Assembly (NCBI GenBank): GCA_964016885.1
Contig: OZ024740.1
Coordinates: 159,526,001-159,590,000 of the forward strand
From: Eledone cirrhosa
Taxonomy: Eukaryota
Length of the DNA: 64,000 bases
Reading direction: 5' to 3'
Shown here: piece by piece, positions 14,651-30,204 of the stretch
How positions within the stretch are numbered: position 1 is the stretch's first letter
How the letters are laid out: every line of letters begins with the position of its first letter
Notes under the pieces: generated by a model
The model's input: only the letters and a program-made list of their open reading frames with translations
Databases searched by the model: none
What the model was told of the DNA's origin: nothing
Position numbers and translations under genes: made by a program

Positions 14651-14658
14651 TTATATAT

Positions 14659-16663
14659 CATCATCATCATCATCATCATCACCGTTTTACGTCCGTTCTT
14701 CCACGCTAGCATGGGTTAGACGGGTTGTCCTGTTGTGTGCAGTGTCTGGTCGGCTGACCATGCCTTGCTCATACAGGAACTGATCTGGCTCGATTTCTAC
14801 AGCTGGATGCCCTTCCTAACACCAACCTCATTTACAGTGAGTGCTGGGTGATTTTTCGTGGCGCCTACACGTCCACTTTACAGTGTGGGCTGGGTGCTTT
14901 TTTGCCGTGGCACCTCCACGACCACCTTGCGGTGGGGGGTGTGGGGGCATATTGTTTATATGCTTCAGCATGTACCCATGGGAGGTCGGGTACTCTGTAT
15001 TACGGCGTGACGCCAGAAGTCACGGTCGTGTGTCATTGTCTTTGAGAGGTGTAATTGGGTAAGGTCGGCTTTTATCACCTCATCCCAGGTCATCTTGGGT
15101 CTCCCCACTCCGCGGTTTCCATCAACTTCTAGTGCTCTGCACCTTTTTATGCAGCTGTCATCCTTCATACGCATCACATGTCCATACCAGCGCAACCGCC
15201 TCTCCTGCACACAGCATTTGATTCCTCTTATGCTCAGTCTCTCTCTCAATTCATTTATGCTTTGTCGTTCACGTATATTACTGTTACACATCCATCGGAG
15301 TATGCAGGCTTCGTTTCTCTCTAATCTACGTAAGTCTTTCACCTTCAGCGCCCAGGTCTCACTACCATGCAACATCGCTGTTCGGATACACGCATCATAC
15401 AGTCTGCCTTTCATTCTGAGGGAGAAGCCTTTTGCAGCTAGCAGTGGTAGTAGTTCCCTAAACTTCTTCCATCCTGTTCTTACCCTAGTTATTGTACTTT
15501 CTGAGCCCCCACCTCCGTTGCTAATTCGGTCACCTAGGTAGCAGAAGCTGTCTATTGTTTCTACAGGGCCCTCCCAGAGATTGGTGGTACTTGTTTCCTG
15601 TGGCTGTTTGCTGCTTGCTGTTTCAGCATAGCTGCTGCATGTGAATCCTACATTCTTAATTAAGTTTCCTGAGATCCCGCTACATCTCTTGTGTACCCAT
15701 TGTTTGCATTTGGGGCAGAGAATGGAGTTCCTACCTACACCTTTCCTACATACTGAGCAAGGCCATTTCCCTGAGGGGATCTGGGTTCTGTTTTCTCGTC
15801 TACTTACAAGGACCTTAGTCTTTGTCATGTTGACTTTGAAACCCTTTCTCTCTAGTCCCTGCTTCCAGGTTTGGAATTTATTCTCTAGTTCTACCATAGA
15901 TTCAGCTATGAGTGCGAGGTCATCAGCATACAGGAGTTCCTATGGGCATCCGGTCTTAAACTCTTCCGTTATTGCCTGCAGGACTATGATGAACAGGAGA
16001 GGGCTAAGAACAGAGCCCTGATTGACCCCAACCTGTACGCTAAATTCCTCGCTATACTCATTGCTAATCCTAACTTTGCTGACTGCTCCCCTATACATGG
16101 CTTGTACCGCTTTCACAAGCCATTCATCTACTCCTAGTTTTCTAAGAGCCCACCAGATTACAGCACGTGGAACTCTGTCAAAGGCTTTCTCAAGGTCAAC
16201 AAATGCCAAGTAGAGTGGCTTACTTTTAGCTAGGTACTTTTCCTGTAATTGCCTCACAAGGAAGAGGGCATCAGTGGTGCCTCTTCCTGGTACAAACCCA
16301 AATTGAATCTCGTCTATATTCACCCGGTCCCTAATCAGCTGTGCTATAACTCTTTCTGTTACTTTCATGACCTGGTCCATCAACTTTATACCTCTATAGT
16401 TTCCTCTATCTAGTGCATCGCCTTTACCTTTGTAGCAGTTGACAATGATGCTACTGCACCAATCTTTTGGTATGGCCCCTTCTAGTATTACCTGGTTAAC
16501 GATACGTGTGGTTATAGTGTGACCTACAGACCCAGATGCCTTCAGCATCTCGGCAGCTATACCCGATGGACCGGTTGCCTTCCCCATCTTCATATCTTTG
16601 ATTGCCTTACTTACTACGCTGCTGCTGACTTGTACTGTTGGTCCCTCTATAGGGTCTACTCTA
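14659..16663 (-). mobile_element. 5'-truncated RTE LINE family B, RT pseudogene
   Basis: ORFs 15940-16767 and 14965-15897 are joined across a premature stop (GCP*ELLYADD); FVDLEKAFDRV, PHD-like cluster; distinct 3' UTR; (GAT)n tail. Confidence 0.95.
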
Positions 16664-16707
16664 TATATATATTTATATATGAGGCACGATGGAGGAAAAT
16701 GGCTGAT

Positions 16708-16783
16708 GGAGGCACATGGCTTAGTGGTTACAGCATTGGCCTTGCAATCGAAGGGTTGTGAGTTCAATTCTCAGACCGGGTGA
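16708..16783 (+). mobile_element. tRNA-like head only of the same SINE family
   Basis: GGAGGCACATGGCTTAGTGG...GAGTTCAATTCTCAGACCGGGTGAT, then (TA)n. Confidence 0.75.
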
Positions 16784-16845
16784 TATATATATATATACAC
16801 TCATGAACACATATATCTATGCACGTATCGGTATATATATATATA

Positions 16846-17017
16846 AACGAAGGAGGTGTGGTAAGGAACCAGATGGACCATAATGCACCAGAGTACTTAG
16901 GGTAAATGTTTGACCCCGACGGCAAGGCTCAAACCATTTTGATGGCTATTTCGATGGCTAGTCTAGAAATAGCCGTAGAAACGGCTTGAACTCTGCCATA
17001 AGGGTCAAACATTTTCC
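16846..17017. repeat. Degenerate fold-back element
   Basis: AAATGTTTGACCC...GGCTATTTC pairs with GAAATAGCC...GGGTCAAACATTT; related to 940-1090. Confidence 0.7.
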
Positions 17018-17106
17018 TATATATATCTATATATAGTTAAAAACTCACACAAGTCCCTTATAATTAAAATAGCTCAGGGAAAAAAATTTTCCGAGCCTTA
17101 TAATAC

Positions 17107-17360
17107 AGTAAGGAGAGGCGAACACAGATATATAACTATATGTGTTCAAATCATAAGGGACAGAAACCACCAAGGTGAAGAAAATACTAAAAAAGTAAGG
17201 TTCACAAAACCCAATCAAAATTATAAATTGAGATATACAAACCTATCATATATCTGGACAGTTTATGGGTAGAACTGTTTCGCAAAATTCACCCTGGCGG
17301 TTTCTGTCCATTGTGATTGAATACATATAGTTATATATCTGTGTTCGTCTTTCCTTACTA
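17107..17360. repeat. Fold-back element (~72 bp arms) with the 3' half of a hammerhead-like motif
   Basis: 17107-17179 pairs with 17288-17360; the minus strand of the loop reads GAAAC AGUU...AACU GUC. Confidence 0.7.
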
Positions 17361-18907
17361 TATATATATATATATAGCTAGTGGAAACTCTGGAAGAGGA
17401 AAATTTAGGAAACCTGCGAAAATGTGGTAAAAACTGAGCTCATGTAATTAAGCCTCCCAAAGGAGATGATGCAGGAAAAAGTTTTCTGGCAATATATCAT
17501 ATTGCAGAAGACATTATTTCTCCCACATGCAGGACAAAAAATCAGGAAAGGACAGTTGTCTGCACCAATCTCCCTTATACACGCTCCCTTATCTTAATAT
17601 TCAGCTATCCCCAACCATTCATTATCTATGTATCTCAACTTAGACCTCCCTCCACACTCTTCCTCAATCCCCACTTTACATATTCTTCCCTATCTCCCAT
17701 CATCTAAGTATCTCATAATCCTCCTCCAATCCCTTTTCCCATCCCTACCCCACCTAATGCATCAAACAACTTCTGCCAGCATGGAAAGACAACTCCCCAC
17801 AATCTCCCATTTGTACAGCTCCTAACATGGAAAGGCAGCCCCCAACTTCATCCTCCTCCTAACTCAACCCAACCCATCCCAATATGGAAAGTCATAATGC
17901 CCCATGTTGTACCGCAATAAAATACATGGGTTCAGAAGGACATCTGGCTAGGTAAGCCATGCCAAAACAAAATGTATGAACTAGACATGGTTACCAATCT
18001 TGCCTACACTCAGAGCATAACAGGCCATCTGGCTCAGATGGGCATGAGAATTAGATGTTTAACAATGATGATGATGATGATGTACTCACCTCTCCTTTCT
18101 ACATCCCTGATATAACTTTTCTGACAGAACCATGCTTGCATGCATCGAATGCTAGACACACTCCGCACCTAATCTCTCACAATGCTTGTATCATGACAAA
18201 AATGCCCTCAACCCATCCTGTTAGTAGGATTTACTGGCGGCATAGTGAAAAATACCCTGTTCACCATGTAAATTGGTATTGATGGTGCCACTAAGAAAGC
18301 TCACATTACATACTGTAAGTTGGTTGGCATTGAGAAGGACATCCAACTGTAGAGAACGAAACAAAAACAGATCTGAGCAAGATATAGTCATCATAACATG
18401 ATACACAGTGAACTTGTTTATTGGGCTTATGGTTATAAGCTCATGTTTAATTTCAATTCCTGGAAAAGTCACTGTTTTGTCCTTGAGTAAGACATTTTAA
18501 TTCTCATTGCTCCAGTCCACTCAGTTGGAAAGATGAGTACCAGCAACATCAACTATCAGATAACTTTGTGGTGGATTGACTTCTTCAAGTTGGAGGCTAG
18601 TACTCAGCTAACCCAAGGCTTGTGAGTGTAATTGGTTGATATAGTCACTTGGGTGGATTCTACTTGTAATTCAAAGGTGATGCTTGTCACACATTGTGTC
18701 ATGCTGAATCTTCCTAAGAATTACATTAAAAATGCACATGTCTGTGGAATAATCATTCCTTTGCATATGAATTAAATGAGTAGGCTGTTCAGTTGATTAA
18801 ACAATTTGAACACTCATCATCGAAACTGATGGATGTCCATTAAATTTGGATATATAACAATTTATTACAGTCAATCTCTTCCATTGAATATATTCTGCAG
18901 TATCTAT

Positions 18908-18964
<57 letters not shown>

Positions 18965-18989
18965 TCTCTCTCTCTCTCTCGCTCCCTCT

Positions 18990-19069
<80 letters not shown>

Positions 19070-19088
19070 CTCCTCTCTCTCTCTCTCT
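18908..19088. repeat. (CT)n microsatellite
   Basis: Direct inspection. Confidence 0.95.
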
Positions 19089-19727
19089 AATCAGTTGTGT
19101 GTTAGTGTATGTGTGAGAGAGAGAGAAAGAAAGAGATATCAATGCCAACTTTGTCTTAATGATAACTTAACATCTTTAAGTCATTTGAAACCTAATGTAA
19201 TGTTTGGTAGATATTAATGATAGGTGATCTTACCATTTGCCCTTTTTGTGGCTATATTCGGAAATTTCATTAATTAATTTCCAATACCAATATATTATTC
19301 ATGCAATCGTTAACTAACTTATAGCAGACAGCAGTTCTTAGTAGATTTGAGAGGATTTCAAGAAAACGATGCCAAATTCTAATGGGAAATTCATAATTGT
19401 ATAACAGATATTCAACTGTTTCCTGTTAAGGTCCAGCTTATTACTTACAAATCATTCTAAACTATAGGCTGTATAATAAGTGAGCTTCTATGTGTTTACA
19501 CATTCTGCAAGAAAAAGCAGCCATATCTTCTAGAAAGTTACCCTTACACTGTACATCAATAATCTGACTGAATGGTTCAGAAGTTTGCTTCATAATCAAG
19601 AAGATTGTGGTCCGATCTATAAGGTGAAACAGTATCTGTGAGTGAAATTAGATGGAAACTATTTTGAAGATCTTTGGATAGGCTGTACATTAATCAATGA
19701 GATTTGCATTAAATATACACTCATAAT

Positions 19728-19875
19728 AGGCAGTGAACTGGCAGAATAGTTAAGACATTGAATAGAATGTTTTACGGCATTCATCTCACCTCATTGCACG
19801 CTCTGAGTTCAAATCTTACCATGGTCAACTTTGCCTTTCATACTTTCAAGGTCGATAAAAAAGTACCAGTCGATC
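19728..19875 (+). mobile_element. Second SINE family (tRNA-like head plus CTTTGCCTTTCAT..GTCGATAAA..AAGTACCAG core)
   Basis: GGCAGTGAACTGGCAGAA...GAGTTCAAAT head; the core recurs at 20291-20775, 21330-21430, 36950-37030, 52440-52520 and 53303-53455. Confidence 0.7.
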
Positions 19876-20290
19876 CTTCCTCTATAGAAAATATCAGATG
19901 TGTTCAGACCTGGAGAGGGTAGGGCTCCACCAGGTTTAAAAGTGCCCTAGACTGGCTGTATGATGGTGCCTCTATGACTCCACAAGGATGAGGGATACAC
20001 TCATTAGTAGAATACTCAGCCAATTACATCTTAATTTCATGAGTAAGCTGAACAAGCGACAGGAACGCCTATCGCTGGAATCTGGCAGAGATTCATTAAT
20101 ATTTACAGCATCAATATTAATAAAATTGTCTTATATTGGTACAAAGTTATCTATTCCGAGGCCTAGGGCACTTGGGCCCACATTATCCATTTTGTCCTTC
20201 CTTTTTCTTAAGACATGGGATGTGATTTGAGTGAAATTGTACTGCTATTTCTAACAAGTCAATTCACAAGCAGGTGGGTTCCTAAGTGAT

Positions 20291-20775
20291 GGTAATAATT
20301 GTTTCTACTTTTGGCACAAGGCCAGCAATTACTCCAGTGTATTACTGGTGCTTTATTTTATCAACCCTGTAAGGATGAAAGGCAAAGTTAACCTCAACAG
20401 GGGTGATAATTGTTTCTACTTTTGGCACAAGGCCAGCAATTATCACGGTACATTATTGCTGCTTTATTTTATCAACCCTGTAAGGATGAAAGGCAAAGTT
20501 AACCTCGGCGGGATTTGAACTCGGAACGTAAAGGGCCATAACTCTATACTGCAAAGCATAGTGTCTGACACTCTACCAATACTACCAATCCAGGTAATAA
20601 TTGTTTCTACTTTAGGCACAAGGCCAGCAATTATTCCAGTGTATTACTGGTACTTTATTTTATCGACCCCGTAAGGATGAAAGGCAAAGTTAACCTTGGC
20701 GGGATTTGAACTCAGACCATAAAGGGCCGTAACTCTTTGCTGCAAAGCATGGCGTTCGACCCTCTACCGATACTG
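20291..20775 (-). mobile_element. Three tandem copies of the second SINE family
   Basis: Units start at ~20291, 20402 and 20592 with TAATTGTTTCTACTTT.GGCACAAGGCCAGCAA. Confidence 0.8.
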
Positions 20776-22039
20776 ATTTGTTTTAGTTCTGGTATAGCCC
20801 CAGATCAATAACAACTGCATAGACCTTATGATAATATTCTATCTACGATAACCCATCTCCTTAGAGATATGTTTAAATCTATGTCTCTTTATTAAAGACA
20901 CTAGTTTGTGATTTGAGGGAAAGAACTAAACTCTTGTCTCCTAGGCATATCCATGCTGTCTTTTTTTTTTTTTTTCTTTTAACACATGGGATGTATCTAG
21001 GGCTACATTATCCAAGGATCTTGTTGTTTAATCCAAAGTTATCTCTAATTGAGAAGATCTATGCTGAAAATATTTCAAGGTGTGATCATACCATCGTTTG
21101 GCTTTGTGTGTGTTTTTTGTTCCAAGCACTATATCTAGGATTACACATTATCTCTAATTAGGTAGATATAAGATCAAAAGCTTTGTATCTGTGATCATCC
21201 CGTCGTCAGTTTCTGTTTTTCAGGCACAGTGTATCTAATTCCTGCTCTTTTGTTGCTTAGCCTCAGGTCAGAAAAAAACATTTTATTCACCTAAAATAAC
21301 AATCATGAGAAGTGAATTACCTGAGTTGGGCTCTCTAAGCTCAAGAATTCAAATCTCGCTGGGGTCAATTTTGCCTTGCCTCCTTTCAAAATCAATAAAA
21401 AGATTACCAGTCCAGTACCAGTGTCAATTTGTCCTCTATATCTCTTTCTTACTTCATCACTATATCTCTTTCTCTCTCTCTCTCTCTCTCTCCTTCTCAG
21501 GAAGAAATCAGCTGTTCAATCATGGTGAGGGATGGGCTCAGCTATGTTCAAAAGGCCTAAGAAATGTTGTATGTCATGAGAGTGCCCCTAAAATTTTACA
21601 AAGAAGTTAGCATCCAAAGAAAGAAAATAGCAATCACTTTTCAAGTTAACAAATGGGAATTGTGTTTAGTGTTTGCTTTTGTTTTATTAAATAATTCTTA
21701 ATCAATTTACCGTATTTCCTGGCATCAAAGATGCTACTTTTTTCTTAAAATAAGTCTCAAAAATCTATCATGGACCTGGAGGCTGGAGGTTGTTTATTAT
21801 TTTCTTTTTCAAATTTTTGGTTTTCAAAATTAGGAAATACAGTATTTATTGTTTTGCTTTATCTAAAATAATTTTTTAAAATGTCATTAGTAACTGCATC
21901 CCTCACACATAAACAAAAAAAAACAAACACAATATCAGAAGAAAAAGAAACCCATGGTCACATATCAGTCTCATTTTTTAGGCAACTAAAAAGTCTTAGG
22001 ACTAATCTGTTTGTGCTCCATTAATTCTCCCTTCTGAAG

Positions 22040-22880
22040 TATTTTTTTTTAAGGGAAAAAAAAAGCTTCAATAATAAGATAATGGGGGAGGAAGAAGGGA
22101 AGGAAAAAAAGAAGAGAAAGGTAGAGAAGAACGTGGAGAAAAAGGAAACAGAAAAGGAGGAAATAAAAAAATAAGAGAACATGGATGAGAAAGAGATGAA
22201 AGTAAAGGAGAAAGAGAAGTAGAAGATGCATAAGTTGTAGGAGCAAGGGGAGAAGAAAGAGGAAATGCAGAAGGAGGAGAGGAAAAAAGGAATGAATTGA
22301 ACTGAAACAAAATTCATCATCTCCACCACCACCACCTCAGGAAAAACAACAACCCTCTTGACAATCACCACATCCACTACTGTCACCACCACTACCAAAA
22401 CCACCAACACCACCAAAATAACAATCATCACCACTACCAGCATCAACAAAACCACGGCCACCATTACTGCCACAAAAACCACCCCCACCCCTATCACAAT
22501 CATCACCACAACCAACACCTCTATAACCTCTACTACTATCACCGCCAACATAACCACAACCACCCACAGCCTCACTCTGCCATTGCTACAACCACCACCA
22601 CCACTACCATCATCAAAACAACTACCAGCACCACTACCAACATCAACAAATCCACCGCCTCCAGTACTGCCACAAGAACCACCCTCACCCCTATCATAAC
22701 AATCACCACAACCATCACCTCTACCACCTCCACTACCATTGCTGCCACTGTAATGACAGCCACCCTACCCTACCCTCACCACAATTACCCTCACCCTGCC
22801 ATTGCCACTACTACCACCACCATCACCCCCACTCCACTGCCACCAACACCACCACCACCACCACTACAGCCATCTCCACA
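22040..22880. repeat. Low-complexity purine-rich tract followed by cryptic (ACC)n repeats
   Basis: Direct inspection; internal imperfect duplication of ~22410-22560 at ~22620-22760. Confidence 0.8.
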
Positions 22881-24269
22881 ACCCATAAAAAGCTCTATCA
22901 TTTAGCCACTAACATATCATAGTTCTTTCAACCAATTCACCAGAAAGTCATTTCCTCCAAACTGACAAATCTATGATGTTATGACAACAGTTACCATTAG
23001 CAACCAGAAAAGCTAAGTGGCACTCTTCAATCTCTATTGATTTTCTTTCAAAGAAGACTGAGGTGTTGAGTGGTGGTAGGAGGAATAGTGTTATAAGTAT
23101 TGGTGGGAGTGGTTCCAGGTGGTGGTGATGTTGATAGTGTTTGTGGTGACTGGTGATGTTGATGAGGGTGGAATTGGTCATGATGTTGGTAGAGCTGGTG
23201 GACTTGATGATGATGGAAGAAGTGGGTTTGGTGGTGGAAGTAGATTTATCTCTGACACTTTTGAATTAATTATAATCTTAATAATTTTTAGATAAACATC
23301 TGCTAAAATTTTGTGATAATGTAAAATTGTGTTTCCAGCAGAAGGTTTTTTATGAAATTTCATTCAGAAATTTTTTTGGGGTGGTACAAATGTAGCAGAT
23401 TAAACCCATTCATACCATATTGTGCACTGCTCTTTCTTCAATTGTAATCTTACACTTCATCAATTAAGGATTTGAACCTATAAGGAAAAATAGATTAAAA
23501 TGAAGGAAAATTAACATTTCAAACAGTCCCCACTAACTAAGGCCTGAACATCGTCCTTATTATCCCTGTGAAGGATGATACAGTATGGATCTCCTTAATG
23601 TTTCCAACCATATTGCAGTGTTTTGGTGGCCTAATACACAGTCACTAATTTTGTACTTTCTCAGACTTACACACAATGACACCTTTTTAGAGGCAGCCTT
23701 TAATTGCCTTATCATAGCTACATCTTTGGGTTGTGGGAGTTTTCTTGTGAGCTAACAGTGTGACTCATTGCTCTATCTCCCCTAGTACTTTACTACTGTT
23801 GGTCCAGGGCTGCTTATTAATTTGGCAGTAACCCGATTGCTATCTGCCTCCTGCACACCCATTCTCTAGCAGAACCGTTCTGCCAAGAATACTAATATCA
23901 GTTTCATACCTGGAGAGATCCATTTTTGTTATAAGCATTTGAGTGATGTCTCTGTTTTGAGGGTACTCTGGTGTGTGCTTATTCCTTCTGGTTGTATTCC
24001 TTTCCTACTGTAAAATTATGTTTGTGTTTTAATTAGAAAACAAAATAGTATAACAATATATATAAACATTTCTAATTTTCCAGCTTTATGGCTGTACTAG
24101 GAATACATACTTATATATATCTATATCTATCTATCTATCTATCTATATATATATATATATGTTTTAATATGAAGCGTTGACTTAATATTCGTTTATATAT
24201 GCGTATGTGTATATATATACACACGCATATATATAAATGAATATTAATATATATATATATGTGATAAGA

Positions 24270-24694
24270 ACTGACCTTGCTCACTTAGACCTCTCTAAGA
24301 CAATGACACTGGATTGAGACCTTTGGCGCCAGGCAGTTGTACAGAAGACTTGACTGCCATTGCATACAAACCTAGGGTCAGTAGACACCTCTTAACCCAA
24401 TGTACACCCCCACCCCCACATCCTACCCCATCCTCCCTTTCCTGTTCCATCCACTGTGTCGATGACACAACAGTCCACTCTGTAAGGTGGCCGTGTAGGA
24501 GACACGGTAAAAAGGCTCCCAGTCCACACTGTAAATGTGGTTGGTGTTAGGAAAGGCATCCAGCTGTAAAAAAACCTGCCAGAGACACTTCCGTGCAAGG
24601 GAGACACGATCTCCCGACCATTCCCGCATCGAATGGAACAAAACGGTCTAACCCATGCTAGCGTGGAAGATGGACGTTAAACGATGATGATGAT
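24270..24694 (+). mobile_element. RTE LINE 3' fragment (fourth 3' UTR variant) nested in a fold-back element
   Basis: Encodes DL.HL.LSKTMT-like ORF end; shared GGTTGGTGTTAGGAA module; (GAT)n tail; flanks 24161-24215 and 24693-24746 are inverted repeats. Confidence 0.8.
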
Positions 24695-24879
24695 ATATAC
24701 ACACACATATATAAACGAATATTAAGTCAAGGATTCATATTAAAACATTTTATAGACTTATGACCATTTCTCTGGTTGAACCATGAATGAAATAAAGTTC
24801 ATTCTCAGAAGAACAGCGCCTTACTTGAAACATTTTCATATACCAGTTACAGAAATGCTCTAACTTCATCAGTAAAGTA

Positions 24880-27192
24880 GTAAATAAGTTGGAATGGCAT
24901 CATGGAGCAGCGGGTGCATACCCCGGGGAAGAATGTGCCCCACAGCATAGGTTAGTGTGGAAAAGGGAGGTCTGGAAGCTAAAAAGCCTTTCACTAAAAT
25001 ATAAATTATGGAAAGCCCTTCAAGATGTGCATGACGAAAAAGAAGATGATTTAGAATCGTATGACATAGATGATAACTGGAATTTATTATGTGACAACTT
25101 ACTGCAGGCTGCTGAAGAAACTTGTGGCTGGAGCAGAGCTCCAACCAGACAGAGAGTGACCTGGTGGTGGAACAGCATGATAGATAGGGCCATTAGAGAC
25201 AAAAGACTAGCATGGAATGCTTGGAAGAAGCTAGACATCAGGTGTACTTAGCACACAGTGAGGCTGAGAGTAGGAGGTTTGCCAATGTTCTGCGATGGGA
25301 AGATCAGAGACGTGCGGTGTTCCGCATTGCAAGGCAGTGTGTCAGTGTAAATCAGGATGTTGTTGGAGATAAATGTGTCCGGAATGATGCTGGTGTACTT
25401 AGTGTCACAAATGATCAGAAAAAGGAAGCCTGGAAATGTCGTTACGAAAGATTGATGAATGTGGAGAACGAATGGGACAGAAAGAAATTACCACCAATAG
25501 ATCCGACAGAGGGACCAGCTATTGAGATTGACGAATATAGGGTCCAAGAGGCAATTAAGGAAATGAAAAATGGTAAGGTCGCTGGACCGACAGGGATAGT
25601 TGCTGAAATGCTGAAGGCATCAGGAGAAGTAGACACTAAACTGGTTGCACGCATCATCAATCAATCTATATATGGCAGTGTCATACCCAAAAACTGGTGC
25701 AGCAGTATTCTCATAAATTGCTACAAAGGTAAAGGGGATGCTCTGGAGAGGAGCAATTATAGGGGTATAAAACTAATGGATCAGGTTATGAAAGTGGCAG
25801 AGAGAATATTAGTGCAACTAATTAGAGAAATGGTCAAATGAGATGAGTTGCAGTTTGGTTTTGTGCCTGGAAAAAGTACAACAGATGCCCTCTTCTTAGT
25901 GAAACAACTACAAGAGAAGTTCTTACAGAAGAATAAGCCACTATAACTAGCTTTTGTTGACCTAGAGAAGGCCTTTGATAGGGTACCCCGATATGTCCTC
26001 TGGTGGTTCCTAAGGAAACTAGGTATAGAGGAATGGCTTGTGAGGACAGGGCAAGCTATCTACAGAGGTGCTGTCAGTAAAGTGAGAGTAGAAATGGAGT
26101 TTAGTGAGGAATTCCAGATACAAGTAGTACATCAGGGTTCGGTCCTCAGCCTGCTCTTGTTCATTATAGTCCTCCAAGCCATAACAGAGGAGTTTAAGAA
26201 TGGCTGCCCATGGGAACTTCTCTATGCTGATGATCTGGTTCTTATAGCAGAATCAGTAGAGGACCTAGATCATAAATTCTGGCTATGGAAACAACAGTTG
26301 GAATCGAGAGGACTGAGAGTGAATCTAGCTAAGACAAAAGTGTTGATAAGTAGAAAAGAGGACAATACTCCGATTCCATCAGGGAAATGGCCATGTTCGA
26401 TATGTAGAAAAGGAACTGGCATAAACTGTATAAAATGTACACAATGCAGATCTTGGGTACACAAGAGATGTAGTGGGATAGCAGGCAAACTAACAGGTAG
26501 GGAAAACTACGTATGCAGTAGATGTACAGGGAAATTTGACAGTAGAAGTCGCAGTGATAGACACATTTTTCAAGTGCAGGTGGGTTCTATAGACGTGGTT
26601 GATAGCTTCCTGTACCTAGGTGATCAGATTAGCATGGGAGGGGGTTTTCCGAGGCCATAGTATCTAGAATAAGGATGGGTTGGAAGAAGTTTAGGGAGCT
26701 GCTTCCTCTGTTGACAAAGAAGGGTGTCTCCCTGCGTACGATAGGCCGGTTATATGATGCCTGTGTGAAGTGTACAATGCTGCATGGTAGTGAGACATGG
26801 GTAGCAACTGCAGAGGATATGCGATGGCTGGAGAGAAATGAAACAAGTGTATTCCATTGAATGTGCAATGTCAATGTGCATGAACAACCAAGCATAGATG
26901 AGTTGAGAGAGAAACTGTGTATAAGAGAGATAAGTTGCAGTGTGCGAGAGAGAAGACTGTGATGTGCATGGAGGATGACCACTGGGTAAAGAAGTGCCAA
27001 GAAATCCCAGTAGAAGGAAGACGCAGTAGAAGATCACGAAAAACATGGGCGGAGGTGGTAAGAGCAGACCTCAGATTGCCGAAACTCACGGAGGAGATGA
27101 CGAAGGGCTGTGACAAGTGGAGAGATGCTGTCCTGAATAGGACCTGTCCCACCCTTGCAAGCAGGGAAAAGCGGATGTAAAATGATGATGAT
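24880..27192 (+). mobile_element. Degenerate RTE LINE family C
   Basis: Fragmented ORFs 24889-27180 (TWWWN, YKGKGDAL, YADD, PHD-like CSIC...CTQC..WVHKRC...CSRC); short 3' end and (GAT)n. Confidence 0.92.
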
Positions 27193-28029
27193 ATATATAT
27201 ATATTTTTTTTTTCACTCCTTCTTCTCATTCCCTATCTTTTATTTCTCAATCTATCTTCTAATGGACTGGTGTTCAAAATGTAAAGACAATTTTGCTACT
27301 ATATAAAGTGTTAAGCTAATATAGTTCTTTATTGTATTGTATTGTGTGGTTTGCTTTGTTGTTTCCATTTACTTTTCACACACACACACATACACACACA
27401 CAGACAGGCAGGCAGGCAGTATTTAGTGGTCTTTATATTTCTAGGTACAATATTCTTTATCAAAATTTTAAGTTGACTAGAAAGTGAAAGGAAGTAAATG
27501 TGTATATTAACTGGTAACTAGCTTCTGCAGACAATTGTTGTGTTAGTTATATACTAACACAGCCATTATAGTTAATGTGTATGTGTGGCTATAAGCACCA
27601 CCCACATGTTAGTCAATATGTCCTGCCTATACACCAGCTTTAAGTCTATAACCAGCACCTACAGCTTTGCTTACATAGCTAGGCAAAAGTAGATATTGAG
27701 GATTATGGCCTGAAAAAGTTTGTCCTCTTAGCCCCAGTACAGTTGGTTGGTTTAAATTTAAGTTTTGCTATGCTATTGTATTTTTGAAATGCTATAATTT
27801 TGGCTTAGATTTATGACTTAGGTTATAAGTTTCATGTTTTTGTTTAGATATATAGTATTTTGGTGGAAGATCTTGTAGCGGATGTTTTAATGTAATCAAA
27901 ATTTCTTTTTGTAAATGAGTAATTATATTTTGTATGATGTCTTGTTTTTTTTAAATTGTGTTGCATTCATTTCCTTTAATTTTGTTGTTAGGTAGGATTA
28001 TTAAGACAAAAATATGTATATACACACAT

Positions 28030-28308
28030 ATATGGCTTTGTGGTTAGAGCATTAGGCTTACAATCACAAGGCTGTGAGTTCAATACTTGGAGCGGGCTTT
28101 GCATTGTGTTCTTGAGCAAGACAATTTATTTCATGTTGCGCCAGTGCACACAGCTGTAGAAATGAGCTGTGACGTCACTGGTGTCATGTTGTATCAGTAT
28201 TTGCCTTTTTCTTGGACAACAACTTTGCCTGGACTTGTGCCTCGGAGAGGAACTTTCTAGGTGCAAATTACATGGTCATTTGTGACTGAACGGGCTCTTT
28301 ACTCTTTA

Positions 28309-28310
<2 letters not shown>
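28030..28310 (+). mobile_element. tRNA-derived SINE with a related head/body but a different tail
   Basis: TGGCTTTGTGGTTAGAGC...GAGTTCAAT; TTGAGCAAGACA and CAGCTGTAGAAATGAG shared with the 14303 family; ends in CTCTTTA repeats. Confidence 0.7.
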
Positions 28311-29566
<1,256 letters not shown>

Positions 29567-29569
29567 TAT

Positions 29570-30204
29570 CTATCTATCTAAGGCGGGTAAAATTCCTGAG
29601 ATCTATGGATGAGTTCTCTCCAGCGGTCTCTGTCCCTCATTATCGCTGCCATGTCCTGCATCTCCAACAGACCAGTATCTGTCCTTAGGGCATCAACATA
29701 CGTTCACTTTGTCTTCCTCTTCTAGTGTGTCCATGTAGGGGCTCCCAAAGGAGCACTGAGTGCAATGTCAACTCTGGATGTCGGTGAGCAGATCCAGCTT
29801 ACCTCAGTCTCCTCTGAGACTAAAACAAAATATCTGGTAGAGAATCTTGAGAAGCCAGAGGGGATCACTAATGTAGGCGGGAAGCCGCTAGAATTGGGAA
29901 TACGGAAGATGATGTGGTAGAGAGGAAGAGCAAGGCCTGGGTGGCGTGCCACAGCTTGAGATCGGTGTGGAAGTTGGACCTTCGTAGAGACCTGAAAATC
30001 CACCTCTTCATTGCTGTAGTGGAGTCTGTGCTGCTGTATGGGTCTGAGACTTGGACACTGACCAAGAAACTCACTCAGATGGTGGATGGGTGCTACACGA
30101 GAATGCTGAGGATTGCTCTGAACATTAATCAGTATACACTGAGGATGAAAAACTCAGAGCTGTATGGGAGCATCCCAAAAGTCAGCTCAAAAGTGACACA
30201 GAGG

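Noticed and set aside
16708-16783. tRNA gene
   Set aside because: It has A/B boxes but is the head of a multi-copy SINE and lacks a proper acceptor stem and terminator.
19234-19425. Possible minus-strand exon ending at GTAAG
   Set aside because: The frames I checked stop before the donor, and no protein similarity is recognisable.
22021-22763. Thr-rich mucin-like and hydrophobic ORFs
   Set aside because: Cryptic (ACC)n and purine-rich low-complexity DNA open on both strands, with no convincing splice context.
23912-24007. Possible minus-strand exon (TTTTACAG acceptor, GTATGA donor)
   Set aside because: Stop codons in all three frames and no partner exons; a non-coding exon cannot be supported without RNA data.
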